A stretch of 63,873 bases of DNA, filler included, from Chiloscyllium plagiosum (Eukaryota): the NCBI RefSeq assembly GCF_004010195.1. It is 5 parts of 5 records of this genome, joined end to end, with 100 filler letters (N's around TTAATTAATTAA, not from the genome) between each part and the next. Parts side by side here need not be neighbours in the genome. Positions count along the whole stretch, not along the records: positions 62,863 to 63,873 come from NW_025115331.1; 4 more parts are not named here. One strand, given 5' to 3'. The notes below the pieces were generated by a model. It searched no databases, was not told where the DNA came from, and was given only the letters and a program-made list of their open reading frames with translations. The translations under genes were made by a program, and so were the position numbers. How positions within the stretch are numbered: the stretch's first letter is position 1; the number at the start of each line of letters is the position of its first letter. Positions 62,763 through 63,873 of the stretch are shown in pieces.

Positions 62763-62862
62763 NNNNNNNNNNNNNNNNNNNNNNNNNNNNNNNNNNNNNN
62801 NNNNNNTTAATTAATTAANNNNNNNNNNNNNNNNNNNNNNNNNNNNNNNNNNNNNNNNNNNN
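62763..62862. other. Artificial scaffold join (N44-TTAATTAATTAA-N44)
   Basis: 100-nt gap with spacer. Confidence 0.97.
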
Positions 62863-63406
62863 TTTAATCATGTTCAATATAATGAACAGAATTTCCATGG
62901 CTGTTCACTGCTCCTGTAACACTTTAGAACTCTGCAAAGAAAATAATTATTATTTATTATAATCTGTTCAAAATTTGGGATGTGATTTGGCAGTCAGTGT
63001 GACCAGCAGCACTTGCACCTAAAGGTTATGAACTTGGAAATGAACTCATTATATTCAGATTACTCTTGTCACAAGTATCAATGGATGATCTTAAGTGAGA
63101 GACAAACTCCGAAAGAAAGATAATTCCATGGGTTACATGATGGTATCTTCGATGATTTTACTTTTTTCACAGGTTTCACTTGTTACAAAGCCAGTGTCCT
63201 TTCGGAATAATTACACAGGGTATGTTATAGATAATCACAAATGTTTCACAGATCAAAATACATCAACAATAGTAAGCATCGTTTCAGCAATAGTTGGAGT
63301 TGCCATTTTGAAGGTGGTGTCTTCACCCGGTGAAGGAGTAATCTGAGGATTGGCTGTTTGTATCAGAAAGGGGCATTTTTCATTGACTTTGATGTTTGTT
63401 TCATAG

Positions 63407-63713
63407 AAGATACCGAGTGCCACCCTAACACCGTTAAAATCCTCCCACTGCCAGTAGAACAAGTCTTACTGGAGGCGACGGTGACGTTAACCTGCGTTGT
63501 GTCCAATCTTCCTTCTGGAGTCAACGTGACCTGGAAACAAGAAAAGAAGCCTCTGAAATCAGAGATTGCTGAGCAGCCTGGACAGAATCCCGACAGCGTG
63601 ATCAGCAAATTAGACATTTCTACTGAAGCCTGGCTGAGTGGCGTTACTTTTGAATGTGGTGTACCATCAGAATCTACCGACTCCGCTGAGAGACTCCATC
63701 CACAAGGAGAAAG
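63407..63713 (+). pseudogene. IGHM: Immunoglobulin mu CH3 exon with frameshift (isolated contig)
   Basis: [17 protein letters not shown]...[13 protein letters not shown]...AWLSG..FEC. After the second Cys the expected [18 protein letters not shown] lies in another frame. The exon is 307 nt between TAG| and |GTGAGC, not a multiple of 3. Confidence 0.82.
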
Positions 63714-63873
63714 GTGAGCGGTGAGATTAAAGCACAAAGGATCCCATGTGTAATCCAGATCCAGGAACATCAATGACAGGCTTTGATTGGTAATGAACCA
63801 ACACTGTTGGGGGCATTAATGATGCATCTGAAGGCAGGACAGCTAAGTAGCTGATTCAGAAAAAGATGGACCA

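Noticed and set aside
59601-63873. A chimeric IgM-kappa-TCR locus, or the V-J exon splicing to these C exons
   Set aside because: The exons are on separate contigs in mixed orientation, and the minus-strand C exons lie upstream of the V-J gene's leader.

Overview
Vertebrate genomic DNA, inferred to be from a cartilaginous fish (shark-type IgM and Ig-kappa constant exons, shark-type SINE/CR1/Penelope repeats). Bases 1-30419 hold the 3' half of a T-cell receptor beta locus on the + strand. It has seven recognisable J-beta segments (four inside a recent ~1.47 kb tandem duplication), three probable relic J segments, one four-exon C-beta gene (15596-20718) and two candidate T-cell enhancer motif clusters downstream. 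No D-beta or RSS-bearing V-beta was seen. After a 100-bp artificial join (N44-TTAATTAATTAA-N44), a second piece (30520-59500) carries two minus-strand genes. One is a GC-rich Myb/SANT-like (Harbinger ORF-derived type) gene. The other is a non-rearranging Ig-superfamily gene with a leader exon and a single germline-fused V-J exon, no RSS and no identifiable C or TM exon. The last 4.3 kb are three ~1-1.6 kb contigs joined by the same spacer, each with one immunoglobulin constant exon: IgM CH1, Ig-kappa C, and a frameshifted IgM CH3. Their linkage to TCR-beta is not shown by this sequence. The rest is dense in CR1 and Rex1/L2-like LINE fragments, tRNA-SINEs and Penelope-like fragments, many with minimal hammerhead-ribozyme motifs. 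All family assignments are by eye and from memory; no searches were run, and repeat boundaries are approximate.
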